NCBI GenBank assembly: GCA_019058315.1 | Contig: JAHPZH010000002.1 | Location: 1,261,910-1,325,909, forward strand | Direction of reading: 5' to 3' | DNA from: Candidatus Helarchaeota archaeon | GTDB taxonomy: Archaea > Asgardarchaeota > Lokiarchaeia > Helarchaeales > RDOG01 | Length of the DNA: 64,000 bases | In this document: one piece after another, positions 10,929 through 20,989 of the stretch | Numbering within the stretch: position 1 is the first letter of the stretch | How the letters are laid out: the number at the start of each line of letters is the position of its first letter | The notes under the pieces: generated by a model | Database searches by the model: none | Seen by the model: the letters and a program-made list of their open reading frames with translations, nothing else | Told to the model about the DNA's origin: nothing | Position numbers and translations under genes: made by a program

Positions 10929-11720
10929 ATGAAATTAAGATGGTTATTAACTGCTGGTTTCGAAATTATTACTGATAATTATAAAATTTTAATAGATCCT
11001 TATATTTCTAGACCCCCAAATGCAGTTCCACAATTAAATATGAAGTTAGATGATATTAGAGACGCAGATGCAATTTTGCTATCGCATGGTCACTTCGATC
11101 ATTCTATTGATATACCAGAACTTGTGAAGCATTCAGAAACAAAGGTGTATTGTTCCGAACCTGTTAAGGAAATGTTTATTAAAAAATTCGGTGTAAATGG
11201 AGAAAATCTAGTTAAAGTCGATGCTGGACAAACCTTTAATTTCGATCCGGATTTTAAAGTTACCATAATTAAAAGCAAACATATAAGATTTAATTTAGGT
11301 TTAATTTTTAAAACACTTTTTTCTAGAAAACCATTTAAGGTAAAAAAATTAACAGGACTCCGCATTAGGGATATAATGAAATATAAAAAAGGAAAAGTAT
11401 TTGGTTATTTATTTGAATTCTCTAATGGAAAAAAATTGTTTGATCTCGGAAGCGGAGGATATTATAAAAAAGAGTTAGAAAAATTACCTAAAGATATAGA
11501 TATATTTCTAGCCCCAGTAGCTGGAAGAGAAGATTGTGATAAAGTTCTTGCAAAAATGGCTAATATTTTCAAACCAAAAATGATAATCCCACATCATTAT
11601 GATGATTTTTTTCCTCCAGTTTCATTTTATGCATATTACTGTTTTGATGAAGAAGTTAAAAAACTAGATCCAAACATAATAGTGAATAAATTAGAACCAG
11701 AGGTATGGTTTGAATTTTAA
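10929..11720 (+). CDS. MBL-fold metallo-hydrolase (UPF0173/UlaG-like)
   Basis: LIDPYI, SHGHFDH, IPHHYD. Confidence 0.87.
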   Translation: MKLRWLLTAGFEIITDNYKILIDPYISRPPNAVPQLNMKLDDIRDADAILLSHGHFDHSIDIPELVKHSETKVYCSEPVKEMFIKKFGVNGENLVKVDAGQTFNFDPDFKVTIIKSKHIRFNLGLIFKTLFSRKPFKVKKLTGLRIRDIMKYKKGKVFGYLFEFSNGKKLFDLGSGGYYKKELEKLPKDIDIFLAPVAGREDCDKVLAKMANIFKPKMIIPHHYDDFFPPVSFYAYYCFDEEVKKLDPNIIVNKLEPEVWFEF

Positions 11721-11753
11721 AATAAATGTAAACATTTAAATGATGGATTAAAA

Positions 11754-12521
11754 ATGGGAATCAGAATTGAGAAAAAAGATGTTGTTACAACTATAATAAT
11801 TGATAATCCCGAAGTGAAAAATGCTGTTGATGGTCCTACTGGCACAGCGTTGGCAAATGCTTTTAGAGAATTTGAAAAAGATAAAAAAGCGCAAGTAGCA
11901 GTTTTATGGGGAGATCATGGTTGTTTCTGCGCAGGAGCCAATTTAAAAGCGATGGTTGACGGATATCATAATCTTGTTAATGCTGATATGACTGCTGATG
12001 GACCGATGGGTCCCTCTAGGATGTTATTATCAAAACCTGTCATTGCAGCTGTTGCTGGTTTTGCAGTAGCAGGAGGGTTAGAATTAGCTTTATGGTGCGA
12101 TTTACGCGTAGTAGAACGTGATGCAATATTTGGAGTTTTCTGCCGCAGATTTGGAGTTCCTCTTATTGATGGAGGTACTGTTAGATTGCCCAGATTAATA
12201 GGTCTAAGCAGAGCACTCGATTTAATACTAACAGGACGGCCTGTAAGTGCCGATGAAGCATTAGCTATTGGTCTTGCAAACCGAGTTGTTGATGTTGGAG
12301 AATCAAGACCTGAAGCTGAAAAACTAGCACGTGAAATTGCGGCATTCCCACAAACTTGTATGAGGGAAGACAGATTATCCGCTTATGAACAGTTTGACTT
12401 AGATTATGATAAAGCAATTGAGAACGAATTTAAACACGGTTTAAAAACTTTATTCAGTGGTGAAACTCTAAAAGGTGCCAAACGTTTTAAAAAAGGCGAG
12501 GGTAAACACGGACAATTCTAA
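11754..12521 (+). CDS. Crotonase / enoyl-CoA hydratase family protein
   Basis: FCAGANL, KPVIAAVAGFAVAGGLELALWCDLR. Confidence 0.92.
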   Translation: MGIRIEKKDVVTTIIIDNPEVKNAVDGPTGTALANAFREFEKDKKAQVAVLWGDHGCFCAGANLKAMVDGYHNLVNADMTADGPMGPSRMLLSKPVIAAVAGFAVAGGLELALWCDLRVVERDAIFGVFCRRFGVPLIDGGTVRLPRLIGLSRALDLILTGRPVSADEALAIGLANRVVDVGESRPEAEKLAREIAAFPQTCMREDRLSAYEQFDLDYDKAIENEFKHGLKTLFSGETLKGAKRFKKGEGKHGQF

Positions 12522-12697
12522 ATTAGTTTAAAAGCAAAAATTTTAGAAAAGAAATTGATAAATTAATCCTATAGCTATTATTATGAAAATTATAAGAGGA
12601 ACTAAAACCATTATTTTTGTTTCAAAATCCATCATATAATTCTATATCTATACTTTTAAAGAAATTAAAATTTATCACTTAAGAGAGAGTTAGAAAA

Positions 12698-14158
12698 ATG
12701 GAAGAATATAAAGACTTAACAGAATACGCGCTTGAATATGCACGCGGAAAAAAAATCGAATATGCAGAGGTTCGATTTGAGACTAACAACAGAGATTCTC
12801 TAGTTTTTATTAATGGAAAAATGCATATTGGCAAATTGCCCTTTGAACTCGTCACTGATGCATTTAGCCGAAAAACGGGGGTGAATATCCGTCTGCTCGT
12901 AAATGGGGGAATGGGAATGGCTACGACTAATAATCTAACAAAAAATTCTATCCGAAAAAGCGTAGATCAAGCTTTTAAAACCGCTAAAAGAAGTGGAGAC
13001 CAAAGAAAGACCCCTATTAGGATGAGTGAAGAAAAAGTTCATGAAATCAAATGGAAAAGTAAATATAATATTAATCCAATGGATATTCCCTTAGCCGAAA
13101 AAATTGAATTCATTCAAGATTTTATAAATATTTTTTCTGAAGAGAAATTTCAAGTCAATTATATTCATTTTTTTGTTTTAATTAATGAACAACGAGATAC
13201 ATATTTTATAAATAGTGATGGAGCGAAGATTTCAGGACATGTCCCTCGAATAGCTTTTATTCCCTTTATTATAGGAACCCAACCTGGTGGAAAAAATGAA
13301 CAATCGATGAGTATGTTTTGTACTACAGCTGGTTGGGACGATTTAATATCCCAAAATTTAAATGAAAAAGTAAAAGACAAGATAAGGGTAATTGGTAATG
13401 TCATTATAAATGCAAAAAAACCCCCAAAAGGAGAAATGGACTTAGTTCTTGGACCATCCGTCACCGGAATTATATCTCATGAAAATTGTGGACACCCTCA
13501 CGAAGCTGACCGCATTTTGGGACGGGAAGGTGCCCAGGCAGGAGAGTCCTATCTAAATCAGCACAAAATAGGTTTCAAAATTGGAAATGATTGTGTTAAT
13601 GTGTTTGAAGATCCTACAATTCCTGGCTCTTATGGCTTCTACTTATATGATGATGAAGGTGTTAAAGCCAGAAAACGAGAATTAATTAAAAATGGAATTT
13701 TTAATGAAATGTTACAAAATAGGGAGACAGCTGCTGTATTCAATATTCATAGTAACGCTGCTGCAAGAGCCATTGCATATGATAAAGAACCACTTATAAG
13801 AATGGCAAATACATATTTTGCTCCGGGAGATTTCTCGTTTGAAGAAATGATAGAAGATGTTAAACTGGGGATTTTTATGAAATCTTTTACAGAATGGAAT
13901 ATTGATGATAAAAGACTACAAGCAAAATATGTAGGACAGGAAGCTTATTTAATTGAAAATGGGGAAATTACCAATTTAGTATTAAGACCCATCCTTGAAA
14001 TTTCAACACTTGGATTATTTGGTAGTATCGATGCCCAAGGAAAGAAAGATACTATTGAATGGCAAGGAGGCTATTGTGGTAAATCTGACCCAGCACAAGA
14101 ATGCCCAGTTTGGATGGGAGGCTCAACAATTAGATTAAGGAAAGTAAGGTTAGGATGA
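12698..14158 (+). CDS. tldD: TldD metalloprotease subunit
   Basis: HENCGHPHEAD (HExxGH), YDDEG, RMANT, C-terminal CGK. Confidence 0.88.
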   Translation: MEEYKDLTEYALEYARGKKIEYAEVRFETNNRDSLVFINGKMHIGKLPFELVTDAFSRKTGVNIRLLVNGGMGMATTNNLTKNSIRKSVDQAFKTAKRSGDQRKTPIRMSEEKVHEIKWKSKYNINPMDIPLAEKIEFIQDFINIFSEEKFQVNYIHFFVLINEQRDTYFINSDGAKISGHVPRIAFIPFIIGTQPGGKNEQSMSMFCTTAGWDDLISQNLNEKVKDKIRVIGNVIINAKKPPKGEMDLVLGPSVTGIISHENCGHPHEADRILGREGAQAGESYLNQHKIGFKIGNDCVNVFEDPTIPGSYGFYLYDDEGVKARKRELIKNGIFNEMLQNRETAAVFNIHSNAAARAIAYDKEPLIRMANTYFAPGDFSFEEMIEDVKLGIFMKSFTEWNIDDKRLQAKYVGQEAYLIENGEITNLVLRPILEISTLGLFGSIDAQGKKDTIEWQGGYCGKSDPAQECPVWMGGSTIRLRKVRLG

Positions 14159-14167
14159 GTTGATCAA

Positions 14168-15541
14168 ATGAATGAGAATAAATCTGAAATATTACTGGAT
14201 ACTTTAGAATCTGCAAAAAAATACATTGAAAACTTTTGTACTGATTGGGTTATAAAAGGAACGATAAAATCAAACAATCAAATTCGTTTTTCTGATAGTC
14301 AAATTGACATTAATAAGAATTGGGATGAAATTAAATTAGATCTATTTTTAAGTAAAAAAAGAAGGACTACAGAAATAACAATCTGCGATCTGCGAATACA
14401 AACCATTGAAAATACTTTAAATTATTGTGAAAAATTGTTAAATGTTGTTAAAAAAAATGCTGATTTTAGAAGATTGCCCGAGGGACCATATAAATACAAT
14501 GGTAAAATTCAGATTTATGATAATAAGGTAATCAGTTTAGGAGAAAAAGCAATTGATTTAATTGAAGAGAGTAAAGAGGCTGCATTAGGTCAAGGGGCAA
14601 AAAGAGTAGCAGGATCATTTTATTTCGGCAGTTCGGAGAGTATTTTAAAAACAAGTTCAGGTCTAGAGGGGAAATATAAGAAAACAAACTTAAATTTCCG
14701 AATTAGGGCATTTGCCACAGACATGTATGCTACTGGAGAAAGTATCTCATGCTCAACTCATTTAGAAAAGGAGTTCGATCCTAAACAAGCTGGAGATGAG
14801 GCTGGAAAAATTGCCAAAATGGCATCGAATGGGAAAAAAGGAAAACCTGGGTTATATAATCTTATTATATACCCGAAAGTATGCAATGAGTTACAAGCCC
14901 CAACACCTGCTTTAGCTATGAATATTTATGCGAAAAAAATGGGATTATCATGGTTACTTGGAAAAAATGTAGGAGATAAAATAGCTAGTGGACTAATCTC
15001 TGCTTGGGATGATGGAAGAATTAATTACGGTTTAGGTAGCTCCCCTTTTGACGATGAAGGGGTTCCTACAAAAAAAACATTACTTATTGATAAAGGAATC
15101 ATGCGTCAATATTACACCAATACATCTTTTTCTAAAAAAGGCCAAGAATCCACAGGAAATGCAGGAATCATTATACCCAGACCTTCTAATACAGTATTTT
15201 CCACAGGAACCCATACACTCGAGGAATTAATGGAAATCTCTGAAAAACCAACACTTATTATCACATCCACATGGTACACTCGTTACCAAAGTTATGCTCC
15301 TCCAGCCATATTTTCTTCACTTCCTAAAGATGGTATGTTCTTGGTAAAAAATAGAGGAAAAATTCTCGAACCAGTTAGAGAACTTCGAATTAATTCTAAT
15401 CATCTTCATATGTTAGAACATGTTCTAGCATTGGGAAAGGAGTTAAAACAAGTCGCACCTTGGTTAATTTCTAGTGGGAAAGCTATATTTGCACCATTTA
15501 TGCTTATTGAAGATATAAGAATGTCAACTGGAACAAAATAA
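14168..15541 (+). CDS. pmbA: PmbA/TldE partner subunit
   Basis: PFDDEGVPT, STGNA, no HExxH; 9 bp after tldD. Confidence 0.82.
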   Translation: MNENKSEILLDTLESAKKYIENFCTDWVIKGTIKSNNQIRFSDSQIDINKNWDEIKLDLFLSKKRRTTEITICDLRIQTIENTLNYCEKLLNVVKKNADFRRLPEGPYKYNGKIQIYDNKVISLGEKAIDLIEESKEAALGQGAKRVAGSFYFGSSESILKTSSGLEGKYKKTNLNFRIRAFATDMYATGESISCSTHLEKEFDPKQAGDEAGKIAKMASNGKKGKPGLYNLIIYPKVCNELQAPTPALAMNIYAKKMGLSWLLGKNVGDKIASGLISAWDDGRINYGLGSSPFDDEGVPTKKTLLIDKGIMRQYYTNTSFSKKGQESTGNAGIIIPRPSNTVFSTGTHTLEELMEISEKPTLIITSTWYTRYQSYAPPAIFSSLPKDGMFLVKNRGKILEPVRELRINSNHLHMLEHVLALGKELKQVAPWLISSGKAIFAPFMLIEDIRMSTGTK

Positions 15542-15802
15542 TAAATTAAATTTTAATTTTTGCATTTAATAACACTATGATTAAAATTATTATCGTAAAA
15601 TATCATTTAATAAAAAATTTCTTTTAAAATTAGAAAATTATAAGGAGAAAATTAGGAATCAAATATTTGAGTAGAAGTTTTTGTTATTTTTGAAAGTTTT
15701 TTATTCATTTTTTCGTTTTTTTTAACAAATAAGTATTTTTAGGGATAAATACAATAAAACATATAGTAATATATCACTGTAATATTCGAAGGAATGATCT
15801 AG

Positions 15803-18193
15803 ATGGTAAAAGATCCTGTATGTGGAATGACTGTAGATAAAAATAAAGCGTTATCGGCAGTTATAGACGGTAAAACTTACTATTTCTGCAGCGAAACTTG
15901 CCTAAGAACATTTCAAGACCCAGAAGGTGAGCTGAAGCTTTTAAAGAAGAGAGTATCTGTAGCATTATCAGGTGCGGTATTTTTCGCTATATTCAGAGCT
16001 TCGCTAGCTTTAATACCGGCATTTCTTACCTTATACTTAACTTTCACTACGGAATGGTACTTTATTTTATTCTTAATTGCAACTCCAATAACTTTTATAG
16101 GTGGCTGGAGTTTTTTCAAAGGTGCCATTAAGTCTCTTAGGAATAAAGCAATAAATATGGATGTTTTAATAACTGTTGGAGTTCTAACAGCTTGGACTTA
16201 TAGTACAATTGTAACATTTCTACCATTCTTTGAACAAATTCTAAGAACCTTTCCTTGGCAATATGTATTGGAATGGGACTATTTGCTTATTCCTAAATCT
16301 ATGAGAAGTGCTTTTTTTGATACGGCTGCTATTATCGTTGCATTCATCTTGTTAGGAAAGTTCTTAGAAGAGGCAATTAAGAAAAGAAGCTCATCTGCAA
16401 TTAGAAAATTACTTGATTTAAAACCAAAAATGGCAACTGTTATACGAAATAATCAAGAAATGGTTATACCTGCAGAAAAAATAGAACTTGATGATATTGT
16501 TATTGTCAAACCTGGAGAAGCAGTACCAACTGATGGTGTAATTATCGAAGGCCATTCTGCAATAGACGAGAAATTAATTACCGGTGAAAGTATACCTGTT
16601 GAAAAAAATCCTAGTGACGAAGTTATTGGTGCGACGATTAACAAAACAGGCAGTTTTAAATTTAAGGCTACTAGAGTTGGAAAGGACACGACACTAATGA
16701 AGATAGTGCAAATGGTGGAAGATGCACAAGCCTCATCTGCACCAATTCAAAAAATAGCAGATAAAATTGCTTCATTTTTTGTTCCAGCAGTAATAGGGGC
16801 AGGGATTTTTGCATTCTTCTTCTGGTTAATTTTTTATCCTTATGCAATTTTCCCCGACTTAAGAAATCCTGTTCTTTCAATTTACACATTTATTGCAGTT
16901 ATGATCGTTGCTTGTCCTTGTACTTTGGGAATTGCTACTCCAGCTGCATTAATGGTGGGTGTTGGAAAGGCCGCTGAATATGGAATACTAATTCGCGGAG
17001 GAGAATTCTTACAAGAAGCTCAAAAATTAGATACTATAGTTTTTGATAAAACTGGTACAATAACTAAAGGTGAACCTATGGTTACGGATATTCTTAATTT
17101 CAATTCGTTAGGAGAAGATGAAATTTTGAAATTTGCTGCTACTGCTGAAAAAAATTCAGAACACCCTTTATCAGAAGCGATATTAAAAGCTGCTAAAAAT
17201 AGGGGCGTCGAAATTTTAGATTCTGATGACTTTGAAGCAATTCCAGGTCATGGTATAAAAGCTTCAATCGATTCTAAAGAAATTTTACTGGGAAACAGAA
17301 AGATTCTAAATAAATTCGAAATAGACTTTGAAAAATTTGAACCAGAAATTAAAAAGTTAGAAAATGAAGGAAAAACCATAGTTATTTTAGCAATTAATAA
17401 TCAGATTGAAGGAATCATAGCTATGTCCGATGTTATTAAGAAGAACGCAAAAGAAACCATTCATGCACTTAAAAAAATGGGAGTAGAAACAATTATGCTT
17501 ACTGGAGATAATAAGCTAACTGCTGAAGTTGTAGGTAAAAAGATTGGTATTGATAAAGTCATTGCTGACGTATTACCTGATGAAAAAGCAAATGTTATAA
17601 AAAGTCTTCAAGAAGAAGGAAAAGTTGTGGCAATGGTTGGTGATGGAATAAATGATGCCCCTTCATTAGCTCAAGCAAATATTGGCATTGCGATTGGTTC
17701 TGGTGCTGATGTAGCTAAAGAAACAGGTGGTATTATCCTAATGCAAAATGATATTCATGGTGTTTTAAATGGTATAAAAACCAGTAAAGCTACTATGAAA
17801 ATAATAAAACAAAATTTCTTTTGGGCATTTATATATAATTCGCTATTAATACCATTAGCTGTGTTAGGTATCATTCATCCAATTCTAGCGGCTGCTGCTA
17901 TGTCTCTAAGTTCGCTAACAGTTATTTCTAATTCTGCCAGATTAAAATTTTTTAAAATTAAAGGAGAAATTATGATAGAAGAAAAAAAAGGAGATGTTAT
18001 AAAGAAAATGGCAAAGCCTGTTCTAAAATGTAGTGAATGTGGAGAAGAAACTGATGTTCCCATGCATTGTGGAAAACCTATGCATCCCGAAGTTGTAGAT
18101 GGCACTAATTGCTTAGTATGTTGGATGGGACCGGGATGTGGAAAACAAAATTTTCCTGAACATCATGGTAAACCAATGAAATATAAAGCTTAA
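15803..18193 (+). CDS. copA: Cu(I)-translocating P1B ATPase with N-terminal YHS/TRASH domain and C-terminal Cys/His domain
   Basis: KDPVCGM...YYFCS..C, TGES, CPC, DKTGT, SEHP, GDGIND, YN..P and MSLSS. Confidence 0.93.
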   Translation: MVKDPVCGMTVDKNKALSAVIDGKTYYFCSETCLRTFQDPEGELKLLKKRVSVALSGAVFFAIFRASLALIPAFLTLYLTFTTEWYFILFLIATPITFIGGWSFFKGAIKSLRNKAINMDVLITVGVLTAWTYSTIVTFLPFFEQILRTFPWQYVLEWDYLLIPKSMRSAFFDTAAIIVAFILLGKFLEEAIKKRSSSAIRKLLDLKPKMATVIRNNQEMVIPAEKIELDDIVIVKPGEAVPTDGVIIEGHSAIDEKLITGESIPVEKNPSDEVIGATINKTGSFKFKATRVGKDTTLMKIVQMVEDAQASSAPIQKIADKIASFFVPAVIGAGIFAFFFWLIFYPYAIFPDLRNPVLSIYTFIAVMIVACPCTLGIATPAALMVGVGKAAEYGILIRGGEFLQEAQKLDTIVFDKTGTITKGEPMVTDILNFNSLGEDEILKFAATAEKNSEHPLSEAILKAAKNRGVEILDSDDFEAIPGHGIKASIDSKEILLGNRKILNKFEIDFEKFEPEIKKLENEGKTIVILAINNQIEGIIAMSDVIKKNAKETIHALKKMGVETIMLTGDNKLTAEVVGKKIGIDKVIADVLPDEKANVIKSLQEEGKVVAMVGDGINDAPSLAQANIGIAIGSGADVAKETGGIILMQNDIHGVLNGIKTSKATMKIIKQNFFWAFIYNSLLIPLAVLGIIHPILAAAAMSLSSLTVISNSARLKFFKIKGEIMIEEKKGDVIKKMAKPVLKCSECGEETDVPMHCGKPMHPEVVDGTNCLVCWMGPGCGKQNFPEHHGKPMKYKA

Positions 18194-18230
18194 TAGAATT
18201 TCTTTTTTTTTATTTTTAAGGTGATAAAAA

Positions 18231-18593
18231 CTGAATATAACATTTTCAAAAAGTGCTGAAGAATTTTTAGAGAAAGAATATACTAAACATAATAAAAAAC
18301 TAAATTTAGTATTACATGCTAAACAAATTGATAAAAATTGTTATCAGAAGTTAGAACCTACAATTTCATTTGAAACTGATAAAAATTATTTAGAAGGAAT
18401 TGATAAAATCTCGGAATGGAACAATAAAATTGATATTTTTATAGATCCCGTTATAGAACCTTTATTAAAAGACAAAAATGACATTAGAATTGATTTAAAA
18501 GGTAAAATTTTTAAAAATTTAAAAATCCTGGATGGAAAAACACAGGTAAAACTCGGAAGTTGTGCTGTTACATTTAAAAGACCACAATTTTGA
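18231..18593 (+). CDS. Unlisted 120-aa ORF with CTG start; HesB/CC-Se-motif-like fold suspected
   Basis: Open frame of 121 codons including TGA (MNITFSKSAEEFLEK...IRIDLKGKIFKNLKILDG...RPQF) with no in-frame ATG/GTG/TTG; AAGGTGAT RBS just upstream of the CTG. Confidence 0.72.
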   Translation: MNITFSKSAEEFLEKEYTKHNKKLNLVLHAKQIDKNCYQKLEPTISFETDKNYLEGIDKISEWNNKIDIFIDPVIEPLLKDKNDIRIDLKGKIFKNLKILDGKTQVKLGSCAVTFKRPQF

Positions 18594-18686
18594 TTTGTAA
18601 TATTTGTTTTTTATAAAAATAGTTTTTACTAATTTTAATTTTCTTATAAAAAAATAAGAGAAAAAGGATTTGAACTTTAAAATTTT

Positions 18687-18941
18687 TTAATTTCTATCGT
18701 AGTGTTTATAATTGTCTCTAACTAGAAGGTAAATCAATAGTCCAACTATATTAAAAATCAATATTATTATGATCCATGTTTCAGGATTAGATATGTTCCT
18801 ATTTAACGCGTCTTTATGTACAAAATAAGTCATTAATACACTAATTGTCACATAAATTCCAATTCCTATCCAAATAAAAATTGAACCATACCAAGGCCAT
18901 CCCATAAATCCATCAAAAAATCCACCAAAATGATGCATCAT
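18687..18941 (-). CDS. Small membrane protein (His/Met/Gly N-terminus, PLDc_N-like hairpin)
   Basis: MMHHFGG...; 'W.II..IFNIVGLLIYLLVR'. Confidence 0.7.
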   Translation of the reverse strand: MMHHFGGFFDGFMGWPWYGSIFIWIGIGIYVTISVLMTYFVHKDALNRNISNPETWIIIILIFNIVGLLIYLLVRDNYKHYDRN

Positions 18942-19189
18942 CTATAATCACTTCCTTTATTAAATAGATTCATTAAATCACTAAATGTTACTAATGAAAT
19001 CATTAAAAAAAACATTATTTCTTTATTTCTTAGAATAATGGTTCATTTTTTCGTCGTTTTTTAAAAAAAATTGCTCACTTTTTTAATTTATTAAAAATTT
19101 TTACATTTCTTTCTAATTAAACTAAAAACCAGGTTTTTAATCAATAAATCGATAATTTATATAGAAGATAAAGTATAAAAGATGAAAAT

Positions 19190-19402
19190 ATGTATTATAA
19201 TTTTGAAAATTTTAATAATTTTGATTTAACTGGTATAGGTACACTTGATCCTATTTCAATATGGATTGGTTTAGCTTTTTTTATAATTATTTGTTTAATC
19301 AGTCTTGTGATTTATTTAACAGATCATAATAAAAATAATTCAAATGAAGAAAAGAAGAACTCCGATGTCCTTGATGACTGGTATGATTGGAATTGGATCT
19401 AA
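19190..19402 (+). CDS. Small single-pass membrane protein
   Basis: One hydrophobic segment; acidic Trp-rich tail. Confidence 0.5.
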   Translation: MYYNFENFNNFDLTGIGTLDPISIWIGLAFFIIICLISLVIYLTDHNKNNSNEEKKNSDVLDDWYDWNWI

Positions 19403-19620
19403 TTTTATTTTAATTTTTTTGACAAAATTAGTGAAATATTTATTTAATTAAGTTATGTATTGATATATTTTTTAAATGAAATCAGAAATATCATAATTAA
19501 TTGTATTTATTGTTAATGGACTATGTTATAATAACTTTAAATTCGAGAAGGAGTGAACTAATTAGATTTTTAGTCATTTTGACTTCTAATTATTTATAAT
19601 ACTTTTTTAAATGAATAATA

Positions 19621-20238
19621 TTACATCTTATTCTTTTCAATTCGGTCCATAAACACTTTTGCACAAGTATTACAACAAAAATAATACTCTTCATTATCCA
19701 CAATTTTTTTTATTGGTGTTCCTTTTATTTCAGCGTGACAATAATCACAAGTTATTTTAAAACCAAATCCTGGTCTTAAAATATTTGGATTAGCTTTATT
19801 TTTTACGGTCCTAAGAATAGATAGTGCTTGAAATTTTTCTATATCTTTAAATTTGGATAACTCAGCTGTAATAAAATGATTCAGTTCTTGATTATCTTCA
19901 ACAAATAATTTTAAAATTATATTATTTTTATCTAAACTTGTATATATACCCTGAATTATTTCAATCCCTTCCAATTCTTCCACAATTTCATTTATTTTTT
20001 GAAATTTTGCTTCTATTAAAATAAATACAAAATAACCTTTCTGAAATTTATCAGGATCTAATATTACTGAAAAATTCTTAATCAAACCTCTTTTTTTTAA
20101 TTTATCTACTCTATATTTAACTGTGGGGGGACTTATATCTAATTCATTTGCTATTGTATTAAATGAAATTCTTCCATCCTCTTCTAATCTTTTCAAAATA
20201 TTTACGTCAGTCTCATCTAATTCTTCCATTTTGATCAT
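19621..20238 (-). CDS. Lrp/AsnC regulator with C-terminal TRASH domain (archaeal CopR-type)
   Basis: AsnC HTH 'LDETD..IL..LEEDGRIS'; TRASH 'CDYC...YYFCCNTC'; lies near copA. Confidence 0.88.
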   Translation of the reverse strand: MIKMEELDETDVNILKRLEEDGRISFNTIANELDISPPTVKYRVDKLKKRGLIKNFSVILDPDKFQKGYFVFILIEAKFQKINEIVEELEGIEIIQGIYTSLDKNNIILKLFVEDNQELNHFITAELSKFKDIEKFQALSILRTVKNKANPNILRPGFGFKITCDYCHAEIKGTPIKKIVDNEEYYFCCNTCAKVFMDRIEKNKM

Positions 20239-20361
20239 CGGATTAATTTATGTTATAAAATATTTCCAGATTTATTCCATCATCTTTAATTTATATAATA
20301 AATTTTTTAGTTCTTAAAAATAAAGTTAAAAATTTTACAAAAAATTATTCTTAAAAACTTC

Positions 20362-20811
20362 TTATTTTTTTAAAATATCTTTAAATAATTCTTTTAATGC
20401 AGTTTTAATCCCATCACGAACTTTTCTAAATATTTTTATTATTTCCTCTTCAGAACCTTTAGCCCTTGCAGGATCTGTAAAACTCCAATCTAATTTCTGT
20501 TTTGAATTCCCAATGAATAAAGGACAGATTCCTCCGGGGTCCCCTGTACATAAAGTAATCACATAGTCAAAATCTTGTCCATTGAATTTTGTAACTAATT
20601 TACTTTTTTGATTCGAAATATCAATTCCAATTTCTTTCATAACTTTAATAGCAAGAGGGTGAACTTCTGCTGTTGTAGCACCTGCACTAAATGCTTTAAT
20701 TTTATCATTCCATAAATTATTTACAAGTCCCTCACTCATTTGGCTTCGACATGAATTACTTCCACATAAAAATAAAACTCTATATTTATTGACTTTTGTT
20801 GATTTGACCAC
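20362..20811 (-). CDS. arsC: Arsenate reductase (LMW-PTP fold)
   Basis: CGSNSCRSQMSEG, LC...CP, W.F.DP. Confidence 0.88.
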   Translation of the reverse strand: MVKSTKVNKYRVLFLCGSNSCRSQMSEGLVNNLWNDKIKAFSAGATTAEVHPLAIKVMKEIGIDISNQKSKLVTKFNGQDFDYVITLCTGDPGGICPLFIGNSKQKLDWSFTDPARAKGSEEEIIKIFRKVRDGIKTALKELFKDILKK

Positions 20812-20989
20812 ATTAAAAACTCCTTAAGTTTTAAAAATATATTAGACTATGAATATTTAAATCTGGTTAGAGGAAAATTAAAAATTATTCATTTAATGGG
20901 CTAAAAAATTGAAAATATTTCAATAAGATATTATTTTAACCAAAAATTTTTATAAAAAATATAAAAAAAGAGTAAAATAAACTGTTATC

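Noticed and set aside
18231-18593. Selenoprotein readthrough of the hidden ORF
   Set aside because: The only TGA is terminal, followed two codons later by TAA, and is not in a Cys-motif position
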